This document shows, one piece after another, positions 1-10,721 of a stretch of DNA of 64,000 nt. How positions within the stretch are numbered: position 1 is the first letter of the stretch; each line of letters begins with the position of its first letter. Origin of the DNA: Nitrospirota bacterium (GTDB lineage Bacteria; JACPQY01); contig JACPAV010000003.1 in assembly GCA_016180645.1 (NCBI GenBank), positions 248,001 through 312,000 of the forward strand. Direction: 5' to 3'. The notes under the pieces were generated by a model. The model did no database searches. It saw only the letters and a program-made list of their open reading frames with translations, and was not told where the DNA came from. Position numbers and translations under genes: made by a program.

Positions 1-113
1 ACCGCCCCCGGAGCCACCACGGAGACGAAACGGGGCCCGAGCTTCTTCCCGAACGCGCCGCAGAGGATGGCTCCCGTCAAAGGGGCAAGAACGATCCAGA
101 TTTCGGGATGCAT
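1..113 (-). CDS. nuoL: NADH-quinone oxidoreductase subunit L, N-terminal fragment (runs off window)
   Basis: ATG at 113, 2 nt after the nuoK stop; translates MHPEIWIVLAPLTGAILCGAFGKKLGPR, a hydrophobic NuoL-like start; nuoJ-K-L synteny. Confidence 0.7.
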   Translation of the reverse strand, partial: MHPEIWIVLAPLTGAILCGAFGKKLGPRFVSVVAPGA

Positions 114-115
114 CC

Positions 116-421
116 CTACCCCTTCAATTCCCGAACTTCATCCGCATTGGCTGTGCGAACCTGGTGGTAGATCGCCAACGTGGCCGCGAGCACGACCACG
201 GCTTCGGCGGCCGCGAGAAGGATGACAAAAATCGCCGCGACCTGACCTTCGAGTGGAACTCCTCGGAGCTTGGCTGCGGCCGCAAAGTTGAGCGCCGCCG
301 AATTCAAGATCAACTCGACCCCCATGAGCACACCGACCGCGTGCTTTCGGCGGATCACGCAGAATCCCCCAAGGAGAAACAGGCCGGCCGCCACCATCAT
401 GAAATGGTGAGGAGGGATCAC
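116..421 (-). CDS. nuoK: NADH-quinone oxidoreductase subunit K
   Basis: LMGVELILNSAALNF and AAAEAVV motifs, 3 TM, 101 aa; GTGA overlap with nuoJ. Confidence 0.93.
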   Translation of the reverse strand: MIPPHHFMMVAAGLFLLGGFCVIRRKHAVGVLMGVELILNSAALNFAAAAKLRGVPLEGQVAAIFVILLAAAEAVVVLAATLAIYHQVRTANADEVRELKG

Positions 422-930
422 TCCGGTTTCCCTTCGGGGCGGAGCTCTTTGCGAACCAGTATGACGGCCCCCAAAAGCGTGATCACCATAACCAACGAGA
501 TCAGTTCGAAGGGAAAGAGATACTGTCCCACGAGGGCGTTTCCGATCTCTGCCGTTCCGGCATCGGTTTCGGGCCGGCTCCCGCCTGGAGGAAGCGCCCG
601 GGTCACGCGCCAGAGAACGAATCCGAGGCCCGCCATCACCAAAACGGCCGGGAACGTGGTCAGCGCACTACGAGAAACCTGGACATCATAGGAATGCCGC
701 GTGAGCATGACACCGAACAGCACCAGAATCTGGATGCCCCCAACGTAAACAAAGACCTGGACCCCCGCGAGGAATTCAGCCGACAACAGGATGTACAGGC
801 CGGCAACACCGGCGAAGGTTCCAAAGAGAGCGAACGCAGCTCGGACGATATTCCGACTGAAGACCACGACAGTCGCCGTTCCCAGTGTAAGTGCGACAAG
901 GGCAGAGAAAATGATCTGTTGCGCACTCAT
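418..930 (-). CDS. nuoJ: NADH-quinone oxidoreductase subunit J
   Basis: AEFLAGVQVFVYVGGI.LVLFGVML and YLFPFELIS motifs. Confidence 0.93.
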   Translation of the reverse strand: MSAQQIIFSALVALTLGTATVVVFSRNIVRAAFALFGTFAGVAGLYILLSAEFLAGVQVFVYVGGIQILVLFGVMLTRHSYDVQVSRSALTTFPAVLVMAGLGFVLWRVTRALPPGGSRPETDAGTAEIGNALVGQYLFPFELISLVMVITLLGAVILVRKELRPEGKPE

Positions 931-962
931 TTCGGGATTGTCCGGGTCTTATGTCCGCGCGG

Positions 963-990
963 ATTATATCGGGGGAACCCCAAACGTCAA
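963..990 (-). promoter_or_regulatory. sigma70-type promoter for nuoJKL
   Basis: TTGACG-16 nt-TATAAT on the minus strand, 32 nt upstream of the nuoJ ATG. Confidence 0.7.
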
Positions 991-1251
991 CCCACGTGGC
1001 TGACGCGCCGCGTCATTCCGGCGTGAATCCCAATCACCACTCCGATCGCCGTCCGTGTAGCGAAGCGAAGGGGACGGAGGATCGATTAAACTCAACGGGC
1101 TGATGGAGCATGCAAGCCGGCCACAACCGGAGCATCCGCGTGCTATGGGAAACATCACCTGTCCATCAGATTGCAAAGTTGCCTATTTATTCGGCACTCA
1201 CGGAAATCCCGTCCAGCCAAAGTGATGCGATCAACGTCCCGGTCTGGTTAT

Positions 1252-2127
1252 TCACAGTCTATCCACTTTTTCTGTGGAGAACTTCTTGGCTCTCCCCCAT
1301 AATTTTTCCCATTCGCTCGCCTTCAATCTTGAAATGTCGAGTCCCAACCGACTTGCTTCCGATTCCATGTATTGAAAACGCTGCACAAACCGATTGACCG
1401 TTCCATGAAGCGCCGATTCGCCGTCTACTCCCCAGAATCGACCCAGATTGATGAGCGTAAAGAAAAGATCTCCCAATTCCTCCTCGACACGACGCTTTTT
1501 CCCATGCTTCAATTCATGCTCAAGCTCGCCGAACTCCTCTTTCACCTTCCTGAGAACACCGCGTGAGTCCTTCCAATCGAAACCCAGCCGGGCCGCTTTC
1601 TCCGAAACTCGTCTTGCCCTCATCAGCGCAGGCAGCGCCCTCGGAACGGAGGCCATCACAGACCGACCGTTTCCCTCCCGCGCCTTGGTGCGAGCCCACT
1701 GCTTGAGAACTTGATTCGCGGTTCGGAGCCCGGTTCGTTTGAACACGTGTGGATGACGGCGAACCAATTTGCTCGACAGCGCATCGGCCACGTCGTCCAC
1801 ATCAAACCATTTCTTTTCCCACGCCATTTGAGACAGGAAAAACACCTGATATAGCAGATCTCCCAACTCCTCCTTGAGGCCTTCTCTCTCTGCTCGCGAC
1901 ACAGCGGTATGCACACTGCGCTTCCGGCCGCCTCTGTGATCCTGTTGTCCGCGGTGACGGGAAAATTGTTCCAAACACTCGACTACCTCATAAGCTTCCT
2001 CAACCACATAGGGGCGTAAAGAGGAAAAAGTCTGTTTTCGGTCCCACGGACATCCTCCCACCGTGCGGAGTCTCCGCGAAACACGCTTCAACTCCATCCA
2101 CGGATCGCGCTTCTTACGCCGCGACAT
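1252..2127 (-). CDS. mazG: Nucleoside triphosphate pyrophosphohydrolase MazG
   Basis: GCPWDRKQT, EEAYEV, EELGDLL, KLVRRHPHVF, GFDW and a second EELGDLFF; start placed at ATG 2127, overlapping the lnt stop. Confidence 0.93.
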   Translation of the reverse strand: MSRRKKRDPWMELKRVSRRLRTVGGCPWDRKQTFSSLRPYVVEEAYEVVECLEQFSRHRGQQDHRGGRKRSVHTAVSRAEREGLKEELGDLLYQVFFLSQMAWEKKWFDVDDVADALSSKLVRRHPHVFKRTGLRTANQVLKQWARTKAREGNGRSVMASVPRALPALMRARRVSEKAARLGFDWKDSRGVLRKVKEEFGELEHELKHGKKRRVEEELGDLFFTLINLGRFWGVDGESALHGTVNRFVQRFQYMESEASRLGLDISRLKASEWEKLWGRAKKFSTEKVDRL

Positions 2128-3640
2128 TCTTCCTCCGCCAGACGAACAGAAGGACAGTCGCCGCGACGCACATGTAGGCGAAGACGTCTCCGAAACGGAC
2201 GTAGAAAGTCCCCACGCCTTTGGTGCGGATTTCATTCAACAGGATTCCCTCTTTCTGGAGCGGCAACGTGCTCACGATCTTGCCGGTTGGCGCAATAAAT
2301 GCCGATATCCCGGTGTTGGCGGCTCTTGCCATATCGGTCCTTGCTTCGACGGCGCGGAATGCAGCCATAGCCAGATGTTGGTAGGGCGCGCTGGTCGGAC
2401 CGAACCACGCATCATTCGTTATGATGACCGCGAGGTTCGCCCCCTTGCGAAAAGCCTCTCGCGTAATCTCAGGGAATATGGATTCGTAGCAGATCAAAGG
2501 CGCCACCTTGAAGGGTTGGGCCTCCAAGAGTCTCATGTCGGTCGCCGATGAAAAGTTTCCCGCCACCGCGGATATTTTTTCGATGGGCAGCCACCGGGTG
2601 AGCGGCACGTACTCTCCGAACGGAACGAGATGCATCTTGTCGTATCGACCACCCACCTCCCCTTCGGCGGACATCACAAAGGCACTGTTGAAGAAAAATT
2701 CCATGCCTCCGGCCTGCCTGGCGCTCAGCGCCCCGAAGATCATCGTTACGCCGTGCGTGATCGCCATCTGCCTCAGGCTCAACTGGGCCTCGCCGCTCAG
2801 GTTGAAATAGTACGGCACCGAGGCTTCCGGCCAGATTACGATTTTCGCGCCGGCCGCCACCGCCTCCCGGATAAGCCGCTCGTAGATCTTGAGCGTTTCC
2901 TGTCGGTACCCGGGAGTCCATTTGACCGCCTGGTCGATGTTTCCTTGCAGAACCGCCGCTTTCACGGTCGGTCGATCGGACGCCAAAGCTTCAACGTGCC
3001 CGATGCGGACCCACCCGTACCCGTAGACCAGCGCCAGAATCACTCCGACACACAAGGCCTCCGCCCAGAGGGACCGTTTCTTCCCCGTGGCCCACCCTTG
3101 GTGTAGCAGGACGTTCACGGAAACCAGGAGAAAGGACACCCCATAGGGCCCGGTAATCTCCGAAATCTGGATCCACCGAACATGTTCGAACTGGCTGTAT
3201 CCAAGGATCATCCACGGGAAGCCGCCGAGGGGCACGTAGTTCTTCACCCATTCCAAGGCCGCCCACACCACCGGGAGTGCGACCAAACGAGCCCAGGCCG
3301 GATCGTCCTTGAGAGCGGACGCGAACCAGGTGAATACACCCACGACGAGCCCCAGCCATCCCGCCAGGAGGATCAGCGCAAGGAGGGCGATTGGAATGGC
3401 CACTCCTCCGTAGAACTCGAGCGTGTAAGGGATCCAGTAGATGATCGTGCACCAGGCGGCCGTCCCGAACAGCCATCCCCATCGAAACGCCTTCGCTCTC
3501 GGCATCCGATGGGCCAGGTCGAGCAGAGGCACCAGGCAAATCCACGCGAACCCCGCGTACCCGAACTTGGGGAAGGTCAGAAAGAACAGGAGCACGAACA
3601 GCATCCCGCTGACCCATTCCCGACCCAGGCGCCCCTTCAT
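2114..3640 (-). CDS. lnt: Apolipoprotein N-acyltransferase
   Basis: N-terminal TMs, GGFPW, QGNI, WPEA, YDKMHLVPFGEYVP, ICYES, TNDAWFG, ANTGISA. Confidence 0.95.
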   Translation of the reverse strand: MKGRLGREWVSGMLFVLLFFLTFPKFGYAGFAWICLVPLLDLAHRMPRAKAFRWGWLFGTAAWCTIIYWIPYTLEFYGGVAIPIALLALILLAGWLGLVVGVFTWFASALKDDPAWARLVALPVVWAALEWVKNYVPLGGFPWMILGYSQFEHVRWIQISEITGPYGVSFLLVSVNVLLHQGWATGKKRSLWAEALCVGVILALVYGYGWVRIGHVEALASDRPTVKAAVLQGNIDQAVKWTPGYRQETLKIYERLIREAVAAGAKIVIWPEASVPYYFNLSGEAQLSLRQMAITHGVTMIFGALSARQAGGMEFFFNSAFVMSAEGEVGGRYDKMHLVPFGEYVPLTRWLPIEKISAVAGNFSSATDMRLLEAQPFKVAPLICYESIFPEITREAFRKGANLAVIITNDAWFGPTSAPYQHLAMAAFRAVEARTDMARAANTGISAFIAPTGKIVSTLPLQKEGILLNEIRTKGVGTFYVRFGDVFAYMCVAATVLLFVWRRKNVAA

Positions 3641-3780
3641 GCGTCAGCCTTCAGTTCAATGCCCAAGGACGAACCAGCCCCGTCGCCGAACAAGAACTTC
3701 CTTTCCCGGGGGTGGGATGAGATTGACGCGGTTGTCGCCGGAGGGGATGCAGCCCATGCGCACGGGGCTTGCGCACGGAG

Positions 3781-4197
3781 TTAGGCCGACTTCTTATCTT
3801 TCTTCTTGTCCTTCTCGGCCTGGTCGGGCTTGGCGGGAGGGGTGCGATCCACCAGTTCGAGGAGAGCCTGCGGGCTGTTGTCGCCCTGCCGGTTATCGAT
3901 CCGGAGGATTCGCGTGTAGCCGCCCGGACGGGAGGAATATCGCTTGGCCAGATCGGAGAATACTTTCGTGGTCGCCTCCTTGCTTCGGAGCGCGGAGAAG
4001 GCCAGCCGCCGGGCATGAAGGTCTCCACGTTTGCCCCACGTGATCGCTTTCTCGGCGAGCCGTCGCACTTCCTTCGCCTTGGCCACGCTGATGTGGAGAC
4101 CCTCGTGGAGGAGCAGCGAGACCGTCAGATTCCGGAGCATGGCAAGACGGTGCGACGTGGGCCGTCTCAGCTTGCGATGTCCTACGCGATGCCGCAT
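3781..4197 (-). CDS. rplQ: 50S ribosomal protein L17
   Basis: MRHRVGHRKL and RPGGYTRI motifs; follows rpoA. Confidence 0.97.
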   Translation of the reverse strand: MRHRVGHRKLRRPTSHRLAMLRNLTVSLLLHEGLHISVAKAKEVRRLAEKAITWGKRGDLHARRLAFSALRSKEATTKVFSDLAKRYSSRPGGYTRILRIDNRQGDNSPQALLELVDRTPPAKPDQAEKDKKKDKKSA

Positions 4198-4211
4198 GTC
4201 CGGTCGACTTT

Positions 4212-5240
4212 CTAGTTCCCCGCCGCCTGCATTTCCATCGGAGAAGCGGACTCCACCATCATCTCGGTTCCGGGAATTTTCATTCCGAGCGAGAGTCCCA
4301 TGCCCGAGAGGATTTCCTTGATCTCATTCAACGATTTCCGGCCGAAGTTCTTGTGCTTCAAGAGCTCCTCTTCCGTCTTCTGGACGAGTTCGCTGATATA
4401 CCGGATGTTGGCCTGCTTGAGGCAGTTCGCCGACCGGACGGTGAGCTCGAGTTCATTGATGCTCTTCGAGAGGCTCATCATATATTGTGAGCTCTGGCTG
4501 TCCGTGTCATTGCCCTTCTTGGACCCAAGGTCCTTTTCTTCAAACGTAATAAAAACAGCCAACTGCTCCTTGAGGATTTTGGCCGCGTAGGCGATAGCTT
4601 CCTCCGGCTTGAGGCTGCCGTCCGTGGTCACCTCCAGGGTCAGGCGGTCATAGTCCGTCCGCTGGCCCACGCGCGCCGGTGTAACCGTAAAATTTACCTT
4701 CTCGATCGGCGTATAGATCGCATCGAGTTGGATCGTCCCGATCGCCTGAGTCTGCTTCTTCATGACCTCGGCCGGCAGGTAGCCGCGTCCCATCTGCATT
4801 TCGAGCTCCATTTCGAGTTTCCCGCCCTTATCGAGCGTGGCGATATGCTGTTCCGGGCTGAGAATTTCCACGGAGGAATCGACCTCGATCTGCTTCGCGG
4901 TGACTTCACCCGGACCCGACGCCTTGAGGCGCCCGATCTTGGTCTCCGACGTGTGCATCTTGAGTTGGATGCCCTTCAGGTTGAGCACCAAATCCGTCAC
5001 GTCCTCCACCACGCCCGGGATGGTGGAAAATTCATGCAGCACGCCTTGAAGACGGATCGCGGTGATGGAAGCCCCTTGAAGGGACGAAAGCAGAACGCGC
5101 CGGAGGGAGTTCCCCAGCGTGATCCCAAACCCTTTCTCCAGGGGTTCCACGACGAATTTGCCGTACCGGTCGGTCAGCGTCTTGTCGTCCGCCACCATGC
5201 CTTTCGGCTTGATGAGTTCTGTCCAGTTCCTCTCGATCAT
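4212..5240 (-). CDS. rpoA: RNA polymerase alpha subunit
   Basis: [26 protein letters not shown] motif VRSANCLK...[10 protein letters not shown]. Confidence 0.98.
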   Translation of the reverse strand: MIERNWTELIKPKGMVADDKTLTDRYGKFVVEPLEKGFGITLGNSLRRVLLSSLQGASITAIRLQGVLHEFSTIPGVVEDVTDLVLNLKGIQLKMHTSETKIGRLKASGPGEVTAKQIEVDSSVEILSPEQHIATLDKGGKLEMELEMQMGRGYLPAEVMKKQTQAIGTIQLDAIYTPIEKVNFTVTPARVGQRTDYDRLTLEVTTDGSLKPEEAIAYAAKILKEQLAVFITFEEKDLGSKKGNDTDSQSSQYMMSLSKSINELELTVRSANCLKQANIRYISELVQKTEEELLKHKNFGRKSLNEIKEILSGMGLSLGMKIPGTEMMVESASPMEMQAAGN

Positions 5241-5270
5241 GCTGAGCCTCCTTTGTCCGCCTCGGCGGGC

Positions 5271-5897
5271 CTACCGTGAATAAAATTCGACGACATGCTG
5301 CTCTTCGAAGGTTTCCGAAATGTGCTCTCTTCGGGGCAGTTCCTTCACACGTCCCACCCGCTTGTCCTTGTCGCTCTCGAGCCAGTCGGGCACCGTCTTC
5401 CGAGTGGAGAACTCCACCGCTTCCCCCCACAGGGGCATCTCGCGGCTTCCATCCCGGATCCGAATGACATCCCCTTCTCGGACGAGATAGGACGGCGCGC
5501 TGACCTTGCGATCATTGACCAGGATGTGACCGTGCGTCACCACCTGCCGCCCCTGATTTCTCGTCTTGGCGAATCCCAGACGAAAGAGCACATTGTCCAG
5601 CCTCCGCTCCAAAAGCATCAGGAGCGTTTCCCCGGTCACACCTTTCTTCCTCAGTGCGTCCCTGAAAAACTTTCGGAATTGGCGCTCCATCATTCCGTAG
5701 GACCGCTTCATCTTCTGTTTCTCCCGGAGGCGGATGCCGTAGTCCGTCGCCTTGAGCCGGGATTGCCCGTGTTGCCCGGGCGGATAGGGGCGCCTTTCGT
5801 ACGAGCACTTGTCCGTGTAGCAGCGATCCCCCTTGAAGAACAGCTTCACACCCTCGCGGCGGCAGATGCGGCAAACGGATCCCGTTGTGCGTGCCAT
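5271..5897 (-). CDS. rpsD: 30S ribosomal protein S4 (Zn-binding type)
   Basis: CRICRREG...KGDRC..KC, PPGQHG, LERRLDNV. Confidence 0.98.
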   Translation of the reverse strand: MARTTGSVCRICRREGVKLFFKGDRCYTDKCSYERRPYPPGQHGQSRLKATDYGIRLREKQKMKRSYGMMERQFRKFFRDALRKKGVTGETLLMLLERRLDNVLFRLGFAKTRNQGRQVVTHGHILVNDRKVSAPSYLVREGDVIRIRDGSREMPLWGEAVEFSTRKTVPDWLESDKDKRVGRVKELPRREHISETFEEQHVVEFYSR

Positions 5898-5900
5898 GGG

Positions 5901-6449
5901 CTAGACCCTCCTCCGCTTCGGCGCGCGGCAGCCGTTGTGGGGAATGGGGGTCACGTCCTTGATGTAAAGAACGTGGAGACCGGCCATCTGAAGGCCCTGG
6001 ACCGCCGCTTCCCGGCCCGGGCCCGGCCCTTTGACAAGGACGGAGACTCTGCGCAGCCCGTGGTCCATGGCCTTCCGACCCGCCACTTCGGCTGCTTTGG
6101 TGGCTGCGTACGGGGTGCCTTTCTTGGTGCCGGAAAAGCCGGCCGTTCCCCCGCTCGCCCAACTGAGCACATTTCCCTGGGGATCCGTCAGGGTCACCAG
6201 AGTATTGTTGAACGTCACGTTGATGTGGGCCACGCCGGCGGGAACGTTCTTCTTCCCTTTTTTCTTCCGTCGGGGAGCCGGCGCACCCTCGGGGGCTGCC
6301 GCCTTCTCCCCGGCCTCAGCCTGGCCGGGTGCATCCGGTGAGCCGGATTTCCGGCCCGCTCCCGATGCCTTTTTTTCCGCCGCTTCCGGCCTGGACCCTT
6401 TCTCGGCCTTATCGGTCTTCTTCGGTTTTTCAGCCTTTTCTTCAGCCAT
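5901..6449 (-). CDS. rpsK: 30S ribosomal protein S11 with N-terminal extension
   Basis: [33 protein letters not shown]; start at ATG 6449 with a GGAG SD. Confidence 0.96.
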   Translation of the reverse strand: MAEEKAEKPKKTDKAEKGSRPEAAEKKASGAGRKSGSPDAPGQAEAGEKAAAPEGAPAPRRKKKGKKNVPAGVAHINVTFNNTLVTLTDPQGNVLSWASGGTAGFSGTKKGTPYAATKAAEVAGRKAMDHGLRRVSVLVKGPGPGREAAVQGLQMAGLHVLYIKDVTPIPHNGCRAPKRRRV

Positions 6450-6508
6450 GATTTCTCCGGTCGGCCGTCCCTCCCGCCTCTGCGGCAGGATTTCAGCCGA
6501 AATGTTCC

Positions 6509-6898
6509 CTATCCTTTCTTCGAGCCCCTCGGCTTGCCGCGTCCTGCCACGGTCTTTCGGGGACCGCGTCGAGTTCGCGCGTTGGTACGCGTTCTTTGAC
6601 CGCGAACCGGCAGGCTGCGCATGTGCCGCAGGCCCCTCCAGCATCTCAAATCGATGAGCCGCTTGATGTTCATTCCCTCTTCGCGCCGCAGGTCGCCCTC
6701 CACTTTGTAGCCCGTTTCGATCATATGACGGATCCGCGCGATGTCTTCACCGCTCAACTCCCTCATCCGCTTGTTGGGATCCACCTTCGCAGCCGCCAAA
6801 ATATCGGCGGAAAGTTTCGGTCCGATTCCGTAAATGTAACCCAACGCGACTTCCACGCGCTTGGCGTCAGGCAACTCCACTCCAGCGATACGAGCCAT
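6509..6898 (-). CDS. rpsM: 30S ribosomal protein S13
   Basis: [27 protein letters not shown]. Confidence 0.98.
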   Translation of the reverse strand: MARIAGVELPDAKRVEVALGYIYGIGPKLSADILAAAKVDPNKRMRELSGEDIARIRHMIETGYKVEGDLRREEGMNIKRLIDLRCWRGLRHMRSLPVRGQRTRTNARTRRGPRKTVAGRGKPRGSKKG

Positions 6899-6904
6899 TC
6901 CGAT

Positions 6905-7018
6905 TTACCCCTGTCGTTGTTTATGTTTTGGGTTCGAGCAAATCACCCGGAGGACATTCCGGCGTTTCACGATCTTGCATTTCTGGCAGATCTTTTTCAC
7001 GGAAGCCCGGACCTTCAT
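6905..7018 (-). CDS. rpmJ: 50S ribosomal protein L36
   Basis: Translated by hand: [37 protein letters not shown] (37 aa). Confidence 0.97.
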   Translation of the reverse strand: MKVRASVKKICQKCKIVKRRNVLRVICSNPKHKQRQG

Positions 7019-7028
7019 CTTCGGCTCC

Positions 7029-7247
7029 TCAAGACTGCCTTCCAATAATGCGACCCCGCGTCAAGTCATACGGGGACATATCGATGACCACCTGATCGCC
7101 CGGAAGAATCTTGATGTAATGGAGGCGCATTTTTCCGGACATGTAGGCCAGAACCTCCTGGCCGGTTTCCAATTGCACGCGAAACATGGTGTTGGGAAGC
7201 GCCTCTTTGACCGTACCCATAAGTTGAATGCCCTCAACCTTAGCCAT
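7029..7247 (-). CDS. infA: Translation initiation factor IF-1
   Basis: [25 protein letters not shown]. Confidence 0.97.
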   Translation of the reverse strand: MAKVEGIQLMGTVKEALPNTMFRVQLETGQEVLAYMSGKMRLHYIKILPGDQVVIDMSPYDLTRGRIIGRQS

Positions 7248-8002
7248 TACCTCGGAACCTGAGTCAGAATCTCCGGCCCGTTGCTCGTGATCGCCACCGT
7301 ATGTTCAAAATGGGCCGAGAGGCTACCATCTTTGGTCCGAACTGTCCAGCCGTCCGGCTCCACGCGCACCTCGCTGCCTCCCGCATTCACCATCGGTTCG
7401 ATCGCCAGCACGAGACCCTCGGTCAAGGGGACACCCTTCCCGGCCTGCCCGTAGTTCGGCACCTGGGGGTCTTCGTGGAGTTGGCGCCCGATCCCGTGGC
7501 CCACGAACTCCCGCACCACCGAGTACCCTCGCTCCTCCACGTAGGCCTGGATGGTATGCGAGATGTCGAACAGTCGATTGCCCGTGCGCGCCTTCTCAAT
7601 TCCCCTGTAGAGCGATTCACGCGTCGAGTCCACCAGCCGGCGGATCTCGTCCGAGACCTCGCCGATGATGTAGGTAAACGCCATGTCAGCATAGAAGCCG
7701 TTGTGGATCAGCCCACAGTCAACTCCTACGATGTCCCCGGCCGTAACTTTCTTGTTCCGATTGGGAATTCCGTGAACGACTTCGTCGTTGATCGACACGC
7801 AAAGGGAGGCCGGGTATCCCCGGTAGCCCTTGAACGCCGGCTTGGCCTTGTGCTTCACGATCCAGTTCTCCGTCTCGCGGTCCAGATCAAAAGTCGATAC
7901 CCCTTCCTTGACCCACTGTCCCAGCTCTTGGAAAAGCTCGGAAAGGAGCCGGCATCCGTCTCCGATGACTTTCAACTCATCCTTTGATTTCAGATCAATC
8001 AC
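7247..8002 (-). CDS. map: Methionine aminopeptidase type I
   Basis: [29 protein letters not shown]; start placed at GTG 8002 (GAGGT SD). Confidence 0.95.
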   Translation of the reverse strand: MIDLKSKDELKVIGDGCRLLSELFQELGQWVKEGVSTFDLDRETENWIVKHKAKPAFKGYRGYPASLCVSINDEVVHGIPNRNKKVTAGDIVGVDCGLIHNGFYADMAFTYIIGEVSDEIRRLVDSTRESLYRGIEKARTGNRLFDISHTIQAYVEERGYSVVREFVGHGIGRQLHEDPQVPNYGQAGKGVPLTEGLVLAIEPMVNAGGSEVRVEPDGWTVRTKDGSLSAHFEHTVAITSNGPEILTQVPR

Positions 8003-8110
8003 CGGAATACCTCGAAAACGATCCCGCCTTCCCCGGACCGACCCAACCGGCGCGGACACGCGCTCCCTGCCGGCGATTTCCTGGTTTTCCATGCCGTTCC
8101 GTCAAACCCA

Positions 8111-8785
8111 TCACGACGCGGCGGCTTCGGCCTTCGGCGCTCGCCCCGCCATGATCTCGACCAATTTCGCCTGAACCGAATCGATGGGGCCGTCGCCGTC
8201 CAACCGTCTCAAAATCCCCGAGGCTCCGTAGTATTCGGCCAGAGGCTCGGTGCTCTCCCGGTACACCTTGAGTCGTTCCCGGATCACATCTTCGCGATCG
8301 TCACTCCTCTGAATAATCTCCGCCGCGCACTTCTCGCATTCGGCTCCCTTTGCCGACGGTTTGTAGAGGATGTGGTACTCGGCTCCGCATGCCTTGCAGA
8401 CACGCCGACCCGTCAGGCGCTTCACCAGAGCCTCCTCGTTCACCTCGATCAGCATGACAAAATCCAACGGCCTCCCAATACCCTTCAGCATGGAATCCAA
8501 GGCCTCCGCCTGCGCGGTGTTTCTTGGAAATCCGTCGAGGATAAAACCCTGCGCGCAGTCCGATCGCTTGAGCCGCTCTTCGATGATACCGACGACGATT
8601 CCATCCCGGACGAGTTGGCCGCGATCCATGTACATCTTGGCCTCAACGCCGAGCCTTGAACGCCGTTTGACGGCATCCCGCAACATGTCGCCCGTGGAAA
8701 CCTGGGGCACGGAGTATTTGGCCGACAGCATCTTGCTTTGCGTCCCCTTCCCGGCACCCGGCGGTCCCATCATCACCAGATTCAA
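8111..8785 (-). CDS. adk: Adenylate kinase (Zn-lid type)
   Basis: GPPGAGKGTQ, STGDMLR, LDGFPR, CxxC...CxxC lid. Confidence 0.97.
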   Translation of the reverse strand: MNLVMMGPPGAGKGTQSKMLSAKYSVPQVSTGDMLRDAVKRRSRLGVEAKMYMDRGQLVRDGIVVGIIEERLKRSDCAQGFILDGFPRNTAQAEALDSMLKGIGRPLDFVMLIEVNEEALVKRLTGRRVCKACGAEYHILYKPSAKGAECEKCAAEIIQRSDDREDVIRERLKVYRESTEPLAEYYGASGILRRLDGDGPIDSVQAKLVEIMAGRAPKAEAAAS

Positions 8786-8792
8786 TCCGCAC

Positions 8793-10103
8793 CTATCCCC
8801 GACGGCCTTTCAGTCGGCGCCCTTCCAGAAAACCCTTGTACTGCCGGACCAGGAGGTGGGATTGGACCTGCTGGATGAAATCCAGAGCCACGCCCACAAC
8901 GATCAGGAGGGCGGTTCCTCCGAAGTAGAACGGCACATTGAATTCCCGGGCCATGAAGGTCGGCAGAAGAGAGATCAAGGCCAGATAGGCCGCACCGCCC
9001 AGCGTAATCCGGCTCAGGACCGCGTTGATGTATTCCGCCGTCTTTCTACCCGGCCGGATCCCCGGGATGTAGCCGCCATATTTTCGGAGGTTGTCCGCCA
9101 CGTCCACCGGATTGAAAATGACGCCCGTGTAGAAAAAGCAGAAGAAGACAATCATGAGAATGTAGGCGGGGGTATAGAGGAACTTCCCCGGCGCAAAGGC
9201 GCCGAAAATCATTTGCAGCGCGGGATGCTGGGAGATCTGCGCCGGGTACGCCATGAAGGCGAGCAACGCCGAGGCAAAGATCGGGGGGATCACGCCCGCC
9301 ACATTGATCTTGAGCGGAAGGTGGGTGTCCTGTCCCTGAAAAACCTTTCGTCCAACCATGCGCGTAGGGTACTGCACGGGAAGTCTTCGCTGCCCCATCT
9401 CCACAAAGACAATGAATCCGATGGACCCCACGATGAGCAGGAGGACAAGCAATGCCACCAGGATTTCCATTTCCCCGGTCTGGATGAGACGGAACATGTT
9501 CGACGTGGCCGAGGGAATTCTTCCGACGATGCCGGCAAAAATGATGAGCGACACGCCGTTGCCGATTCCCCGGTGGGTAATCTGCTCGCCCAGCCACATC
9601 ATGAACAATGTGCCGGCGGTCAGGGTGATCAGCGTGAGGATGCGGAAACCCCACCCGGGATGGAGCACAATCGGCTGCCCCCCCGGCGCGCTTCCGCGCT
9701 CCATTTGAAAAATCAGGAAGGTGCCCTGAACAATGCAAACCAGAATCGTGCCGTAGCGCACATACTGGTTGATTTTTCTTCGGCCTTGCTCACCCTCTTT
9801 CTTCAACGCTTCGAGTTGAGGGATGACTTGGGACAAAAGATCGGCCGCAATGGAGGCCGATATGTACGGCCACACGCCCAGGGCGAATACGGACAGACGG
9901 GAAAGGCCACCGCCGGTGAACACGTCCAGGATGCCCATCAGCCCACCGCCCTGGGCTTGGAACCAAGCCGTGAGCGCCGTGGCATCCACCCCCGGCGTCG
10001 GCACGTGGATCCCCAGCCGGTAGACCACAAGCAGACCCAGGGTCACCAAGAGCTTCTTCCCCAGCTCGGGAACCTTGGCGACGTCCAGCAGGGCTTCCTT
10101 CAT
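8793..10103 (-). CDS. secY: Preprotein translocase SecY
   Basis: [61 protein letters not shown]. Confidence 0.98.
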   Translation of the reverse strand: MKEALLDVAKVPELGKKLLVTLGLLVVYRLGIHVPTPGVDATALTAWFQAQGGGLMGILDVFTGGGLSRLSVFALGVWPYISASIAADLLSQVIPQLEALKKEGEQGRRKINQYVRYGTILVCIVQGTFLIFQMERGSAPGGQPIVLHPGWGFRILTLITLTAGTLFMMWLGEQITHRGIGNGVSLIIFAGIVGRIPSATSNMFRLIQTGEMEILVALLVLLLIVGSIGFIVFVEMGQRRLPVQYPTRMVGRKVFQGQDTHLPLKINVAGVIPPIFASALLAFMAYPAQISQHPALQMIFGAFAPGKFLYTPAYILMIVFFCFFYTGVIFNPVDVADNLRKYGGYIPGIRPGRKTAEYINAVLSRITLGGAAYLALISLLPTFMAREFNVPFYFGGTALLIVVGVALDFIQQVQSHLLVRQYKGFLEGRRLKGRRG

Positions 10104-10543
10104 CCTGAGATGACCTCCGCCTTCCCTCCGGCCTTTTCAATCGCTTCCTTTGCGGTCCGGCTGAAGGCGTGCGCCTTCACGGTCAATACCCGCTCCAACT
10201 TGCCATCACCCAGAATCTTGATCCCGGACCCGCCGCGTACCAGCCCCCATTCGGCCAGGAGTTCCGGCGTCACTTCCTTCGCCTCTCCAGGCACACGCGC
10301 AAGATCGGACAGATTCACAACCGCCGTCGTTTTGCGAAAAATATTCACGAATCCGCGCTTGGGGAGCCGACGATGGAGCGGGGTTTGACCGCCTTCAAAC
10401 CGGGGATGCACGCCGCCACCGGAGCGGGATTGCTGCCCCTTGTACCCCTTGCACGCCGTGCGCCCGTGGCCGGATCCCAAGCCGCGGCCTACTCGCTTGT
10501 TTTTCGCATGGGAACCGGGGTTCCCCGTCAGGGTGTTAAGCAT
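10100..10543 (-). CDS. rplO: 50S ribosomal protein L15
   Basis: [26 protein letters not shown]. Confidence 0.97.
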   Translation of the reverse strand: MLNTLTGNPGSHAKNKRVGRGLGSGHGRTACKGYKGQQSRSGGGVHPRFEGGQTPLHRRLPKRGFVNIFRKTTAVVNLSDLARVPGEAKEVTPELLAEWGLVRGGSGIKILGDGKLERVLTVKAHAFSRTAKEAIEKAGGKAEVISG

Positions 10544-10721
10544 TTTCTTCCTTCACTTCAATCAGATGTCGGAGCTGCGCCACGATGCCCTGGGTGGACG
10601 GGTTGTCCGGCAACACGACACTCTTGTCGATGCGCGTCAGCCCCAGGCTCTTCAGCGCCCGCTGATGGCGGGGAATCGTGCCGCTGAGGCTCCGCCTAAG
10701 AGTGAGCCGTAGTCGTTTCAA
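10536..10721 (-). CDS. rpmD: 50S ribosomal protein L30
   Basis: 61 aa, LKSLGL motif, between rpsE and rplO; TTG start overlaps the rpsE end. Confidence 0.9.
   Translation of the reverse strand: MKRLRLTLRRSLSGTIPRHQRALKSLGLTRIDKSVVLPDNPSTQGIVAQLRHLIEVKEENA

Noticed and set aside
6450-6644. Longer N-termini in the ORF track for rpsK (also rpsH, rpsN, rplE, rpmC, secE, pilD, mazG, queC, MFS)
   Set aside because: They overlap upstream genes or tRNAs; downstream starts fit family lengths and SD or coupling signals
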